Origin: Candidatus Cryosericum sp.
GTDB lineage: Bacteria > Caldisericota > Caldisericia > Cryosericales > Cryosericaceae
Length of the DNA stretch: 16,845 bases
NCBI GenBank assembly: GCA_049699855.1
Contig: JBNAWM010000023.1
Coordinates: forward strand, 1-16,845
Reading direction: 5' to 3'
Part shown: positions 1-7,318 of the stretch, in pieces
Position numbering within the stretch: the stretch's first letter is position 1
Layout: each line of letters begins with the position of its first letter
Translations under genes and position numbers: made by a program
The notes under the pieces: generated by a model
What the model saw: only the letters and a program-made list of their open reading frames with translations
Database searches by the model: none
What the model was told of the DNA's origin: nothing

Positions 1-1
1 G

Positions 2-1723
2 GTTTCAGAGGATGACGGGACACTCCACCGGAATGTCACTTCTCTCGCCGCTGACCTAACCACACCAACGGTCCTCTACGCCGGCACTTATGGCACCGGT
101 GTCTTCAAGTCAACAGACAAGGGGGACCATTGGACCCCGATGAATACCGGCCTTTCTGATCTGCATGCCAGTTCTCTTGTGATCAGTCCCGTTTCTCCCG
201 CCACTCTTGCTGTAGCTACTGACAGTGGGATCTTCCGTTGGGACGGTACCACGTGGACCATGGCAAACGCTGGCATCACAAATCACACGCTGGCTCTTGC
301 TGTTGATCCGACAACTCCAGCCGTCGTCTATGCTGGCACAGATGGAGCCGGTGTCTTCCGTTCCACGGATGCCGGGGATCACTGGACTGCCGTGAACACA
401 GGTCTTCCCTATGTTCGTGTTTCATCTCTCGCCGTGGATCCTGCGTCCAAGGGCACCATCTACGCAGGGACCGACAGTGGTGTTTTCCGCTCGAGAGACA
501 GCGGCACCACCTGGACGGCCGCCAATGCCGGCATCACGGAATGGGGTGTCAACTGCCTCGTCATTGACCCGCATACTCCTGCTACCCTGTATGTCGGTAC
601 GCACAACGGCGTCTACCGTTCTGATGATGCAGGCGATCACTGGATAGCTGCAAATGCGGGGATCACAAAGACGCGAATTGCCGTTCTCGCCATAAACCCT
701 CAGACGCCCACGACGGTCTATGCCGGTACCAACCTCGGGGTCTTCCGTTCTACGGATAGCGGTGCGACCTGGACGGCGATAGACGCAGGTCTTCCGGTAC
801 ATACAGATGTCTGGTCCCTTACGATTGATCCTGCAAACCCCGCTGTCCTCTATGTCAGCATCTGGACCATGGTTGCTACTTCCAGTGACATCTTTCACTA
901 CCCAAACTCAGTTTTTCGCTCCACTGATGGGGGCGACCACTGGAACGCGGTGAACGTGGGTGTCACAAATGAGGATGTTGAGTCGTTTGCCATTGATCCG
1001 GTCGTGCCTGCCAACTTGTATGCCGGTACTATGCATGGTTCCGTCTGCCGTTCCACGGACGGCGGAGCCACGTGGACGGTCAAAGGCATTGTTCCGTCCT
1101 ATGGGGAGGTGATGGCTCTTGCCATCGATCCTAAGGTTCATAGCACTGTGTATGCCGGTACCAGCGTTGGTGCGTTCTGCTCAGTGGATGCTGGAGTAAC
1201 ATGGAGTGCCATAAGTACGGGCCTTTCGTCGAAATATGTTACAGAGCTAGCCGCTGATCGGCTTACGGCTGGTGTTCTGTATGCCGCTACCGATGCCGGC
1301 ATCTCGCGGTATCAGGCTATTTCTCCTCTGAATCGAACAATCCAGCTGAAAATTAGCAGCACAACCATGCGCGTGGATGGGAAAGTCGTGCTACTGGAGG
1401 CAGCACCCATCATTATGAACTCACGTACTCTCGTTCCTCTCCGCGTCCTGATCGAGACGCTTGGTGGCCGGGTCGTCTGGAGTCCGTCTGCAAGAACCGT
1501 GGACGTGTTCCTGGGAGAGCACTCTGTGGACGTCGCTGTCGGGGGTAATATCGGATACGTCGATGACAAGGCGTTCCCCATTGATCCCGCAAACCCGAAG
1601 GTTGTGCCCATTATCATCAACAACAGGACCTTTCTCCCTCTCCGGTTTGTCGCCGAGGCACTTGGTCTAAATGTGCAATGGGATGCGACTACTCAAACAA
1701 TATGGATAACGTATGCACTGTAG
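2..1723 (+). CDS. Asp-box (BNR) repeat beta-propeller surface protein with C-terminal copper amine oxidase N-terminal (stalk) domain; 5'-partial
   Basis: The frame is open from base 2 (VSEDDGTLHRNVTSLAADLTTPTVLYAGTYGTGVFKSTDKGDHW...), so the ATG at 140 is internal. About ten ~43-aa repeats of the form LAVDP..P.T.YAGT..GVFRS.D.G..W. The C-terminus (AAPIIMNSRTLVPLRVLIETLGGRVVW...RTFLPLRFVAEALGLNVQWD) is typical of Cu_amine_oxidN1. Confidence 0.85.
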   Translation, partial: VSEDDGTLHRNVTSLAADLTTPTVLYAGTYGTGVFKSTDKGDHWTPMNTGLSDLHASSLVISPVSPATLAVATDSGIFRWDGTTWTMANAGITNHTLALAVDPTTPAVVYAGTDGAGVFRSTDAGDHWTAVNTGLPYVRVSSLAVDPASKGTIYAGTDSGVFRSRDSGTTWTAANAGITEWGVNCLVIDPHTPATLYVGTHNGVYRSDDAGDHWIAANAGITKTRIAVLAINPQTPTTVYAGTNLGVFRSTDSGATWTAIDAGLPVHTDVWSLTIDPANPAVLYVSIWTMVATSSDIFHYPNSVFRSTDGGDHWNAVNVGVTNEDVESFAIDPVVPANLYAGTMHGSVCRSTDGGATWTVKGIVPSYGEVMALAIDPKVHSTVYAGTSVGAFCSVDAGVTWSAISTGLSSKYVTELAADRLTAGVLYAATDAGISRYQAISPLNRTIQLKISSTTMRVDGKVVLLEAAPIIMNSRTLVPLRVLIETLGGRVVWSPSARTVDVFLGEHSVDVAVGGNIGYVDDKAFPIDPANPKVVPIIINNRTFLPLRFVAEALGLNVQWDATTQTIWITYAL

Positions 1724-1736
1724 CAGAAGGGTTGAT

Positions 1737-1765
1737 TTGACTGTGATGCGGGTACGCTGTAGAAT
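1737..1765 (+). promoter_or_regulatory. Putative sigma70-type promoter
   Basis: TTGACT (1737-1742), 17-nt spacer, TAGAAT (1760-1765), upstream of the 1841 and 1993 ORFs. Confidence 0.55.
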
Positions 1766-1840
1766 GCTAATGGTTCTGGAAACTGGGTTCAATTCCGCTT
1801 TCCTGAGTGGACGAGAGTGTTGAAGGGAGGCATGTAAACA

Positions 1841-2002
1841 ATGAAATCACGACTGTGTTCAGTGACGGCCACACTAATGAGCCTCCTCGTGCTGGTTGCT
1901 CTGGCAGTGACTCAGTTGCATCTTATCGCTACAGACGTTCTCCTCACCCGGGACCGGAACAAACACTGCACAAGACCTGTGAGGTGCTCGCCATGCGTCT
2001 GA
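1841..2002 (+). CDS. Small 53-aa ORF with signal-peptide/TM-like N-terminus (small protein or gene remnant)
   Basis: GGGAGG at 1825-1830, ATG at 1841. Translation MKSRLCSVTATLMSLLVLVALAVTQLHLIATDVLLTRDRNKHCTRPVRCSPCV*. The end overlaps the start of the next gene. Confidence 0.35.
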   Translation: MKSRLCSVTATLMSLLVLVALAVTQLHLIATDVLLTRDRNKHCTRPVRCSPCV

Positions 2003-2490
2003 TTATCAAACAGAGGGTCTTCTCCTGGACCGACAGATTCCGCGTATGGGATGAGGACGACCGTGATCGATACTATGTAGAAGGGGAGTTCTTCTCCTTC
2101 GGGAAGAAGCTCCATATCATGGCTCCGGATGGTCGGGAGGTCGCTCTTGTCCAACAGAGAGTCTTCTCCTTCCTGCCTCGGTTCTTCGTTTGGGTAGACG
2201 ACGTCCAGGTGGCGGAGATCGTCAAGGAGTTTACTTTCTTCCATCCCCGCTACACCGTCGATGGGTTGGGATGGGATGTCGAAGGGGACCTCTTCGCGCA
2301 CGACTATTCCATCTCTCAGGAAGGGCGCGAGATCGTCACGATCCACAAAGAATGGCTGACCTGGGGCGACTGCTATGTTCTTGACATCGCCGACCCCAAG
2401 GATACCGTTACGGCGCTGGCGGTAGTGCTGGCCATCGACTGCGTATCGGCCGCAGCGGCGACCCGTGCCGCGTCAGCCAACGGGTTCTGA
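1993..2490 (+). CDS. LURP-one-related / scramblase-like (Tubby C-terminal-like) family protein
   Basis: GAGGTG SD at 1981-1986, ATG at 1993. MRLIIKQRVFSWTDRFRVWDE...YYVEGEFFSFGKKLHI...WDVEGDLFAHDYSI...IHKEWLTWGDCY...LAVVLAID matches the family pattern. The ORF-track start at 1807 adds an implausible extension. Confidence 0.85.
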   Translation: MRLIIKQRVFSWTDRFRVWDEDDRDRYYVEGEFFSFGKKLHIMAPDGREVALVQQRVFSFLPRFFVWVDDVQVAEIVKEFTFFHPRYTVDGLGWDVEGDLFAHDYSISQEGREIVTIHKEWLTWGDCYVLDIADPKDTVTALAVVLAIDCVSAAAATRAASANGF

Positions 2491-2514
2491 GGGCGGCTTC
2501 TCCAACGCTTCCAT

Positions 2515-2623
2515 TTGCCCTATGGTACATTTCTGGGGCAGATGAGCTACTTCGAGTCAAGGCATGCATTTGCTTGGAATCAGTCAAAATTCTTCTATCG
2601 CGACATACATATGGGAAGTGGTG
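2515..2623 (+). repeat. Copy A of a diverged ~108-bp non-coding direct repeat
   Basis: Manual alignment to 4703-4809 gives 83/109 identical columns. Shared blocks include GGGGCAG, TTCGAGTCA, TGGAATCAGTCA and TCTTCTAT. Confidence 0.85.
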
Positions 2624-2725
2624 TTGTTTGTGTGGCGCTTTTGACAAGCATGATGTTCGAACGGCTTTGGTGACCGGGTTCCAATCTACCAATGCTGTTG
2701 AAAGTACGCGTTGGAGGCGCATGAC

Positions 2726-3427
2726 ATGAATACGAACAGATTAGTCAAGTTTATCGCAGTGAGCATAGTACTACTTCTCATTATCTCTGTCGGTGAATAC
2801 CTTTTGTTTAGGCCGGCCACTACACCCCAGCCGAACGAATCAGACGTCAACGCTATCTACCAGGTTGTCGGCGAGTTCGGCGCGCGTCTCAAGGATGTGC
2901 CAGACAGTAGTGACGCGTCTCTGGCTCTTCTGATCAAAGAAAAGGGAGTCGGCGTTCGTGTCGTTGACGGCAAAAGGGTACTGCATACAGCGGATGGACG
3001 GGATCTCCCAATAGCCAAGGGAAGTGACGGGAAGGAAACCGTTAATATAAACAAATACGAAGCCAGTTACGTTCAGGACGAGCTGAATTATCAGCACGAT
3101 ATCGTGCGGCATGAGATGAGTGCTCGTACGGTTTCTGGCGTTGATGCAAACCTGAAACGATTCATCACCGCCCGCCTCTACCAAGAGTTTACGACCTATA
3201 CAGACATTGTTCCCGGGAAGCCCGTTTCTGGACTATATCCCGGGAGTATCAGAATTGACTCCCTTCAGAAGATAGACGACGTCTCATACACAGTAAAGGG
3301 AAGTCTCATTTTGACGAGCGGAACGCAGACATCGCAGAACGGCAGTGCAGGAGAAAAACCCATCACGCTTTCGCTCAAGAAGGTGAGTGGCAGGTGGCTG
3401 ATCGATGACGTGGTCGGCGGAACGTAG
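2726..3427 (+). CDS. Hypothetical membrane-anchored extracytoplasmic protein, possibly NTF2-like C-terminal fold
   Basis: GGAGG at 2713-2717, ATG at 2726. N-terminal hydrophobic helix FIAVSIVLLLIISVGEYLLF; C-terminus ITLSLKKVSGRWLIDDV. Confidence 0.7.
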   Translation: MNTNRLVKFIAVSIVLLLIISVGEYLLFRPATTPQPNESDVNAIYQVVGEFGARLKDVPDSSDASLALLIKEKGVGVRVVDGKRVLHTADGRDLPIAKGSDGKETVNINKYEASYVQDELNYQHDIVRHEMSARTVSGVDANLKRFITARLYQEFTTYTDIVPGKPVSGLYPGSIRIDSLQKIDDVSYTVKGSLILTSGTQTSQNGSAGEKPITLSLKKVSGRWLIDDVVGGT

Positions 3428-3481
3428 CCAAAGGCATGAACCGGGCAGCGGAGTAGCTCATATTGTGTGTTGGAGGCAGCA

Positions 3482-3907
3482 ATGAGAGACGGGAGACGAG
3501 CAAGAACAATCATGTGGGTGTCTTTGTGGGTCGTATTCGTCGGCATATGTCTGTACTTTTTCTCACATTTCCCCCCGAAAACGGCGACGCTCAGCGGTTC
3601 GTCCGCGCACTGGAAAGCGGAGGATGTTGTTTATGTGCAGAAGCTGGACAGCAATTTCCGAACAGCTTCCGTTAGTGAGCTGAAGGTCTGGTGGATGGGG
3701 ACTCCGCGTGAATTCAATCATGTTGAATATGAGATCAGTGGATTGCATGGGAGCATCATGAAAGGAAACGGTGCGTCCGGATCATTCAATCCATGGGTGA
3801 CTCGACTCACCGACATTCTCCTTTCCGAGCCGCAACTTGAATATGGACTGGTTGTTACCATCACCTTGGACGGCAGCACTGAGACAATTCACCTTCGGAG
3901 GCAATAG
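3482..3907 (+). CDS. Hypothetical protein with a single N-terminal TM helix
   Basis: GGAGG at 3472-3476, ATG at 3482. Basic N-terminus followed by IMWVSLWVVFVGICLYFF and a beta-rich soluble region. Confidence 0.65.
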   Translation: MRDGRRARTIMWVSLWVVFVGICLYFFSHFPPKTATLSGSSAHWKAEDVVYVQKLDSNFRTASVSELKVWWMGTPREFNHVEYEISGLHGSIMKGNGASGSFNPWVTRLTDILLSEPQLEYGLVVTITLDGSTETIHLRRQ

Positions 3908-4145
3908 ATGAGAAGCGCTTGCTGGTTGGGGTCAAACGATACTAAATGGGTGACGTGGTTCAAATCCTCCATGGGGTATTTTGGTAGTATGAGGGTTATC
4001 ACACCATGATGATTACGGGCTACGGGAATGGTGGTGATTTTCTCCTTTCCTATCATACTACGGCAGCACTTGACAATCCGCTTCATACGATCGCCAGCGG
4101 CTACAATTCTCTTCTCTGGGAGTTCAAGTTTTTCCGGATGGGGCA

Positions 4146-4665
4146 ATGAACAAACGGTTTCTTCTTGTGATCGCTCTTGTTGTTCTTATTGTGATCGTCT
4201 TCGCAATAGGATTGAGCCCTTATGCGTGGATTACATCGAAGGAATTGGCCGCAAGACTTCATGGACCGTCCGCAGTGCAGCAGGATGTGATCCAGGCATA
4301 CTATGTGATTCAGGCATACTATAAGGCTCTTGACACTTGCGATGTCAAAGCCTGTGAAAAGCTGGCCGTTGGGGGGGCCTGGCGGCAACCCTCAGTGGGC
4401 ATTCAACGGATTGTGGCCGAATGAGAACATTCAGTGGGCAAAACTACTCTATATCAGTGGTCCGTTCCCTGCAAACGAAGGCGATGCTTACAAGCACGGT
4501 CCGGTCGCTTACCTGAAGTCAAAGCCAGCTGAGCTTGTAGAGTTCCGTGTTAAGGAGGTAATAAAGCGCAAAGACCAGAGGTGGCCTGATACAGATTTCA
4601 AAACCATTTTAATGATTAAGGAAACCAAAGATTCAAACTGGCTCATTGCTGCAGTAGGCTATTGA
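4146..4665 (+). pseudogene. Frameshifted gene for a membrane-anchored DUF4829/NTF2-like protein
   Basis: ORF 4146-4424 (signal anchor MNKRFLLVIALVVLIVIVFAIGL) and the +1-frame ORF ending at 4665 (...KTILMIKETKDSNWLIAAVGY) join into one 172-aa protein if the G7 run at 4371-4377 is read as G6. Confidence 0.7.
4285..4322 (+). repeat. 18-bp in-frame tandem duplication
   Basis: ATGTGATCCAGGCATACT / ATGTGATTCAGGCATACT followed by AT, encoding VIQAYY-VIQAYY. Confidence 0.9.
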
Positions 4666-4702
4666 TAGGCAAATGGGTGGGCTTGGGGGTCAAACGTTAC
4701 CC

Positions 4703-4809
4703 TTGCCCATGTTACAATTCAGGGGCAGGCGAGGTGTTTCGAGTCATGGTATGTGTATGCCTGGAATCAGTCAGACTCTTCTATGACGTCATCCATTTGG
4801 GGCGTGCTG
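4703..4809 (+). repeat. Copy B of the diverged ~108-bp non-coding direct repeat
   Basis: Homologous to 2515-2623 (about 76% identity, 2 gaps, manual alignment). Confidence 0.85.
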
Positions 4810-4879
4810 GTTACTGAAACTGAAGCCTCCTCGTTTAGTATTGTACACGAAATGAGGCTCATGCAACAATCAGGGGAGG

Positions 4880-4918
4880 GTTCCAGGGCAGGGACCACAG
4901 GGAGGACTGCCCTGGAAC
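4880..4918. terminator. Strong hairpin downstream of mog (terminator or 3' stabiliser)
   Basis: Perfect 12-bp inverted repeat GTTCCAGGGCAG (4880-4891) / CTGCCCTGGAAC (4907-4918), 25 nt past the mog stop. No clear U-tract. Confidence 0.5.
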
Positions 4919-4943
4919 GCAGCGTGAAAGTGATGCCAGCTGG

Positions 4944-5420
4944 CTAGTGTCCCTTGCCGGCGATCATCTCCAGGGCGTGCGGAAGCAGGGGGATGAGCAC
5001 GTCCATTCCATCCTCTACCGCGTGAAGGCTGCCAGGAAGGTTGATGATAAGGGTCGTGCCCCGCAGGCCCGCTTCGGCACGCGAGAGACAGGCGGTGGTG
5101 ACGCCTTTGTTGAGACCGTACAGGCGGATGGCCTCACTGATGCCGGGGGCGCGGCGGTCGATGACCGAGAGCGTTGCCTCGGGGGTGACGTCGCGAGGGG
5201 AGAAACCCGTGCCGCCGGTGGTGATGATGATATCCACGTTGTGGCTGGTGGCCCACTTTTCAATGATTTCGGCTATCTCCATCTGCTCGTCGGGGACGAT
5301 GGTCATCTCGTCGATGGTCCAACCGGCTCCCTGCAGCCGTCCTGCAATGAAGGGGCCGCTTTCGTCCACGCGGGTCCCTGCGGCACAACTGTCACTGACC
5401 GTCAAGACTGCTGCTTTCAT
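4944..5420 (-). CDS. mog: Molybdopterin adenylyltransferase, MogA/MoaB family
   Basis: Motifs LTVSD...DESG, TTGGTGFSPRDVTPEAT, SRAEAG and INLPGS. ATGA overlap with the upstream MOSC gene. Confidence 0.92.
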   Translation of the reverse strand: MKAAVLTVSDSCAAGTRVDESGPFIAGRLQGAGWTIDEMTIVPDEQMEIAEIIEKWATSHNVDIIITTGGTGFSPRDVTPEATLSVIDRRAPGISEAIRLYGLNKGVTTACLSRAEAGLRGTTLIINLPGSLHAVEDGMDVLIPLLPHALEMIAGKGH

Positions 5421-5872
5421 GAGGTTTCTCCTTGGTCGATGATGGTGATGCTATCCCCGGCCTGGATTGTGCCGGGTGTGAGGACGCGAGTGAAGATGCC
5501 CTCACGGGGCATGACGCAGTCACCGACCAGGCGGCGGACTTCACAGTCCAGGTGACACGTTTTGCCGATCTGGGTGACCTCCATGATGACGGCAGGTCCA
5601 ACCTGAAGCCGTGTTCCGATAGGCAATACCGGAAGGTTCAGGCCCTGCGTCGTGATGTTCTCGGCGAAGTCGCCGGGCTGGAGGACCATGCCGTGACCCT
5701 GCATCTTGTCGATACTCTCCTGTGCCAGCAGGCTGAGCTGACGATGCCAGTCGCCTGCGTGGGCGTCTCCTTCGATCCCCAGCATGGTAATGGTGACAGG
5801 GCCCTGCAGTGTGTGTTTGCGCTTTCCCCTCTGCTCTGAGATGTTGATTGCTACAACTGTTGGCTTGCTCAT
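5417..5872 (-). CDS. MOSC domain-containing protein
   Basis: Start MSKPTVVAINISEQRGKRK at 5872 (ATGA overlap with the moaC stop, GGAGG SD). Motifs GIEGDAHAG.WHRQLSLL, PGDFAENITT and EVTQIGKTCH...CVMPREGIF. Confidence 0.9.
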   Translation of the reverse strand: MSKPTVVAINISEQRGKRKHTLQGPVTITMLGIEGDAHAGDWHRQLSLLAQESIDKMQGHGMVLQPGDFAENITTQGLNLPVLPIGTRLQVGPAVIMEVTQIGKTCHLDCEVRRLVGDCVMPREGIFTRVLTPGTIQAGDSITIIDQGETS

Positions 5873-6351
5873 GTTTCCTCCCAGGTTCCACTCTGTCCGC
5901 CGCTTTTGCGGACAAGACGGAGATCGGTGATGCGGATGCCGCGCTCGACTGCCTTGCACATATCGTAGACCGTGAGGGCAGCGGTCGATGCTGCTACCAG
6001 TGCCTCCATCTCGACCCCTGTGTCTGCCCTGGTGCGAGTCGTTGCCTCGATGTCAACGCTGTGGTCCTTTTCATTGAGGGTCAGGACCAGGCCGGCAAAG
6101 GTGAGGCCAATGGGATGGCACAGCGGGATCAGTTCCCACGTGCGTTTGGCAGCCTGTATGCCTGCGACTTGAGCAACAGTGAGGACGTCGCCCTTCTTGA
6201 GATTGCCTGCCTTGACCAGGTCAAAGGTCGCCGGTGCCAGCAGGACGCGGCAGCGGGCAATGGCCTCCCGGACCGTCTCGGGCTTGCTGCCCACGTCTAC
6301 CATGCGCGCGTTGCCCTGCTCGTCCAGGTGTGTCAGTTCGTTGCTTCCCAT
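5869..6351 (-). CDS. moaC: Cyclic pyranopterin monophosphate synthase MoaC
   Basis: Motifs LTHLDEQGNARMVDV, KKGDVL, LIPLCHP, TGVEMEAL, YDMCKA and KSGG. Confidence 0.96.
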   Translation of the reverse strand: MGSNELTHLDEQGNARMVDVGSKPETVREAIARCRVLLAPATFDLVKAGNLKKGDVLTVAQVAGIQAAKRTWELIPLCHPIGLTFAGLVLTLNEKDHSVDIEATTRTRADTGVEMEALVAASTAALTVYDMCKAVERGIRITDLRLVRKSGGQSGTWEET

Positions 6352-6352
6352 G

Positions 6353-7318
6353 TTATCCTCCTATGCTTCCCATGGCACGTCCGTAGTCGAGAGCTGACGC
6401 TGGCATACACCGTGGTTTCTCACGCATGGCGCGCTCCAGCAGGGCGAGCAGAGCTTGTTCATCGACCGTGGGACGCAGTGCTGGTTTCACATCGATCTCG
6501 TCCGGTCCAAACAGGCACAGCCGCAGATGCCCGTCGGCGACAAGGCGCAGGCGGTTGCAGGTGGGGCAGAAGTGCTCGGTCATGGGCGCAATGATCGCTA
6601 CGGTCCCAGGAGCTCCCGGGATGCGGCGGTAGTCCTGGGCTGGGCCGTTACCCCGCGGCTTGTCGGCTGGTTCCAGGGTCGCCAGTGCCTCCAGCTTGCG
6701 GCGCAATTCGGCGGCAGGAACAAGGTAGTGATCCTCGCCCAGCGGGCCAATAGGCATGTATTCGATGAAGCGAACCTCGACCGGCAGACGCCTGGTGAGG
6801 TCGAGGAAGGGCGCCAGATCGTCGTTGATGCCTCGCAGAACCACCACGTTCAGCTTGATCGGACTGAATCCATTGTCGAGGGCCGCCGAGAGACCTGCGA
6901 GAGCAGCGTCCAGCGAACCAAGACGCGTAATGTAGCGGTAGACAGAGGAATCGAGAGACGGCAGGCCGATGTTTACCCTTGTCAGCCCTGCTTCCTTGAG
7001 TTGCGGAGCAAGCTGGGGCAGAAGGATGCCATTCGTCGTGATCGAAAGGTCCGTGAGCCCTGGAATGGCCACCAGCATGCGCACCAGATCAACAATGCCG
7101 GGGCGGTGCAGGGGTTCGCCGCCGGTGAGGCGCACCTTGACGATGCCTTGAGAGACGGCAACGCGCATGAAGGCGGCGATCTCTTCAAAGCGCAGGATAT
7201 CCTCATGGTCCAGCATGGGGACACCCTCCTCGGGCATGCAGTAGCGGCAGCGCAGGTTGCAGCGGTCGGTGACGGAGATACGGATGTAGTCGATGGTGCG
7301 TCCGATGTTGTCGATCAT
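6353..7318 (-). CDS. moaA: GTP 3',8-cyclase MoaA (radical SAM)
   Basis: YIRISVTDRCNLRCRYCMP (CxxxCxxC), RLTGGEP, RFIEYMP, FCPTCNRLRL...LC and C-terminal IGG. Confidence 0.97.
   Translation of the reverse strand: MIDNIGRTIDYIRISVTDRCNLRCRYCMPEEGVPMLDHEDILRFEEIAAFMRVAVSQGIVKVRLTGGEPLHRPGIVDLVRMLVAIPGLTDLSITTNGILLPQLAPQLKEAGLTRVNIGLPSLDSSVYRYITRLGSLDAALAGLSAALDNGFSPIKLNVVVLRGINDDLAPFLDLTRRLPVEVRFIEYMPIGPLGEDHYLVPAAELRRKLEALATLEPADKPRGNGPAQDYRRIPGAPGTVAIIAPMTEHFCPTCNRLRLVADGHLRLCLFGPDEIDVKPALRPTVDEQALLALLERAMREKPRCMPASALDYGRAMGSIGG

Noticed and set aside
2..1320. Periodic ~130-bp nucleotide similarity that could suggest a CRISPR array or DNA repeat
   Set aside because: It is explained by degenerate Asp-box beta-propeller protein repeats; there is no identical repeat/unique spacer structure.
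1783..1799. GGTTCAATTCC (and GGTTCAAATCC at 3957-3967) resembling tRNA T-loops
   Set aside because: The T-stem pairs for only 2 bp and no acceptor, D or anticodon arms can be built.
2500..2716. 9-bp inverted repeat CTCCAACGC / GCGTTGGAG resembling integron attC R''/R' boxes
   Set aside because: The 217-bp span is longer than known attC sites, no L boxes are evident, the 3' arm is simply the SD region, and there is no integrase in the window.
4753..4947. 64-aa plus-strand ORF after the accessory block
   Set aside because: It has a GTG start with no convincing SD, begins inside repeat copy B (frame not kept in copy A), and runs through terminator-like hairpins.
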